From positions 682,001-746,000 of the forward strand of contig RSEE01000003.1 in the NCBI GenBank assembly GCA_003971905.1: 64,000 nucleotides of DNA, in the 5' to 3' direction. The notes beneath the pieces are model-generated. The model had not been told where the DNA came from. It saw nothing but the letters and a program-made list of their open reading frames with translations, and searched no databases. The stretch's first letter is position 1. The number at the start of each line of letters is the position of its first letter. Below, piece by piece: positions 61,828-64,000 of the stretch. A program made the translations under genes and the position numbers. This DNA is from Moniliella sp. 'wahieum' (taxonomy: Eukaryota).

Positions 61828-64000
61828 CTGATCTAATAACGCACAGTGCTTAGCGCGTAACCTGCGTGCGTAGCCGGAATGACCAAGCACACATCACCAC
61901 GCTTCAACCCTCTCAATTTACACTAAAATATGCCATGCAGATGACTGGGAGTTGGGGGGTTTGGTTAGTATACGTTAGCATGCTGCTTTTGCCCAGGAAT
62001 CACGGCGACTTCAAAGGCAACTTGGCTTAGACTGCGATACTCACTTAGGGTTCTAGCTGTTTTACCAACTGCTCACACAACGGGAGGAGAGACTTGGCCG
62101 TTTCCGATGCAAAGAGGAAAAGGTTCCTTGCCCATCTAGACTGCGACCGTGAAACGTGCATGTTGCCCAGCAGCATGCTGTTCAGAGAGCTTAGCCGATT
62201 GGACACATTGTCTGCAAAACCATCAGCCCAGCCCACTAGCTGGAGACGGACCAGAGCTCGGCCACAGGCCTTGGCTCGAAGGGGATTGACGCTCTTCCCA
62301 ATTTCCTCACCGTCCCTTGTTCCTGTGTCGTACCAGGATGTGGAACGACAAGAATTGCCGCTGCGTGAAGAGCAAGAAAACTTACTAATGGTATAGTCGT
62401 CGTAGAGGCGCAACTTGGTTTGTCCAACTGAGTAAGAATGAAGGCGCGTGTCCTGTTGCCGGTGAACTTCAGCAGGTTGGACGCCAAGGGTATGACAGGG
62501 TTATGTGCGAGAGCACCTTTAAGATTATTGCCCGAAGATGTCGTCTACAGTTCTGGCAGGGGATACTGTGTTGTGTTATGATCACAAGGCCCATCATTCG
62601 TTTGTCTGACCATAACAGCATCTGACAACAAATTAGAATATTGGTGCGATGGGGGTATGTTTTCGGATGTGATTCCTGAGGAATGCTTCATGGAATGGTT
62701 AGCAAACATATTGATACAAAACTTACTGCTTAAATGCAGTGGTTGAAGATGGTGGAGTGATTATGTCGAAATGCTTTGCTCGAAGAGCAACCAAATACAT
62801 ATCTATCGTAGGGTCCTTAAATCCTCCAACGTTTGCGGCTTTCCTTGTCGAACTTTTTAGCTACAGACAAGAGATGTTGACCAACAAATATGCCGATTAC
62901 TCCCATATGAGAACATTCTGCCCCAAAATCGGGTGATAGGTATCTGATCCAACCATTTTTGACGGTACAATAGAAATACCAATTGTCCAAGGTTCCAGAA
63001 ACACACTTCCTAGGTGCAGACACGCACTGGGCGAACGTCCTCTCCAGCGGTGTAGACGTGACGAATAACATACCGTAGATGAGAAAAATCGTTCCTATTG
63101 TATTCCCTGAGGCCAACGAAATGATGAGGATTCTTCTTCCAGGTTATATCCGTCAGTTGTCCGACTCAACAGTTAAACGCGAGTAAATCATAGCCAATCG
63201 GTTTGTTTCAGCTGTTCCATCAGATTATTGTCCTAATATCCCCTTTGGTTCAATCACGGTATTATGGTCCGGTCGTAGGTCAGGATCGATGCCTGAGGGA
63301 ACCATGTCTGGGGACGATAACGGTTCATGACCGTGGATGAGGAAGGATATCAAATCCTTTTCAATCCTGCAAATATGATCGCAAAACCAAAGATGTGACA
63401 ACTTACATTAACTCGAATCCTGGTGCCTACAATCCGGAATGAACGCGAAAATTCATTCGGCGATCCCAGTGCTCCAAGCACCCAAGAGATTAGTGTTACT
63501 TTGTTAACCGCAATTACCGGTTTTAGCGGGCCTCTACCTGATGAAGCACAATGTTTTGCCGGTTTTATGTAGTGCGGTTTCCTGTGGGACTTGATAGTAC
63601 CAAAAATAACAGAGGATATACTTATTGCATTCTCGAGCAATCACTGCTCTACCCTAGGCCTCATCAGGTCTAGTGTGTCATGGAATGTGTTACCGTGGTG
63701 CATTCCAAAGTGGCCTTTTTAAATTCACGACACAATATGACGCCTATTGTTGCTGGGATAAGTGGTACTGATTTAAGTTGCATACCGGACACCATCAATT
63801 AATATCGTCGATTGAAAAACAAGCAATCATCAAACGCATATTAGTAATACGTTCAGACGAACACAATGCTTGACTCAGAAAATGGGAAAAGTGGGCACAT
63901 GTCCGTCCAAGCTGAAAGTATTCCATTCAAGTAATGATCACTAGTCTAAGGTGCAATGTATTTTTGTTGTGTGGATGAATTGCGTGCTATACTGGTGACA

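Overview
Eukaryotic (fungal) genomic DNA, most likely a basidiomycete yeast of the Ustilaginomycotina type. This is inferred from GC-rich, intron-poor genes with short GT..CTRAC..YAG introns and from protein style. Nearly every conserved gene is broken by small indels, which points to an unpolished long-read assembly rather than real pseudogenes. Recognisable genes: cytosolic Tyr-tRNA synthetase, an MFS hexose transporter, a tricalbin, a secreted aspartic protease, UGP1, a Dsc2/UBAC2-like protein, MON2, ribosomal proteins eS1 and eS17, an FHA-domain Fhl1-like protein, glyoxalase II and an HSL-family alpha/beta hydrolase. There are also two intron-containing tRNAs (Lys-CTT, Ser-CGA) and several orphan ORFs. 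Mobile DNA: a decayed Ty1/copia element (5' LTR, PBS, gag/protease/integrase motif relics, ~58.6-61.2 kb), a same-family solo LTR with a perfect 5-bp TSD (32837-33095), and further solo-LTR candidates. The most unusual signal is in the intergenic DNA. Many short arrays keep a TGA/TCA/TAA/TTA triplet in 7-bp register, while the 4-mer between triplets is usually a palindrome and switches identity within an array.
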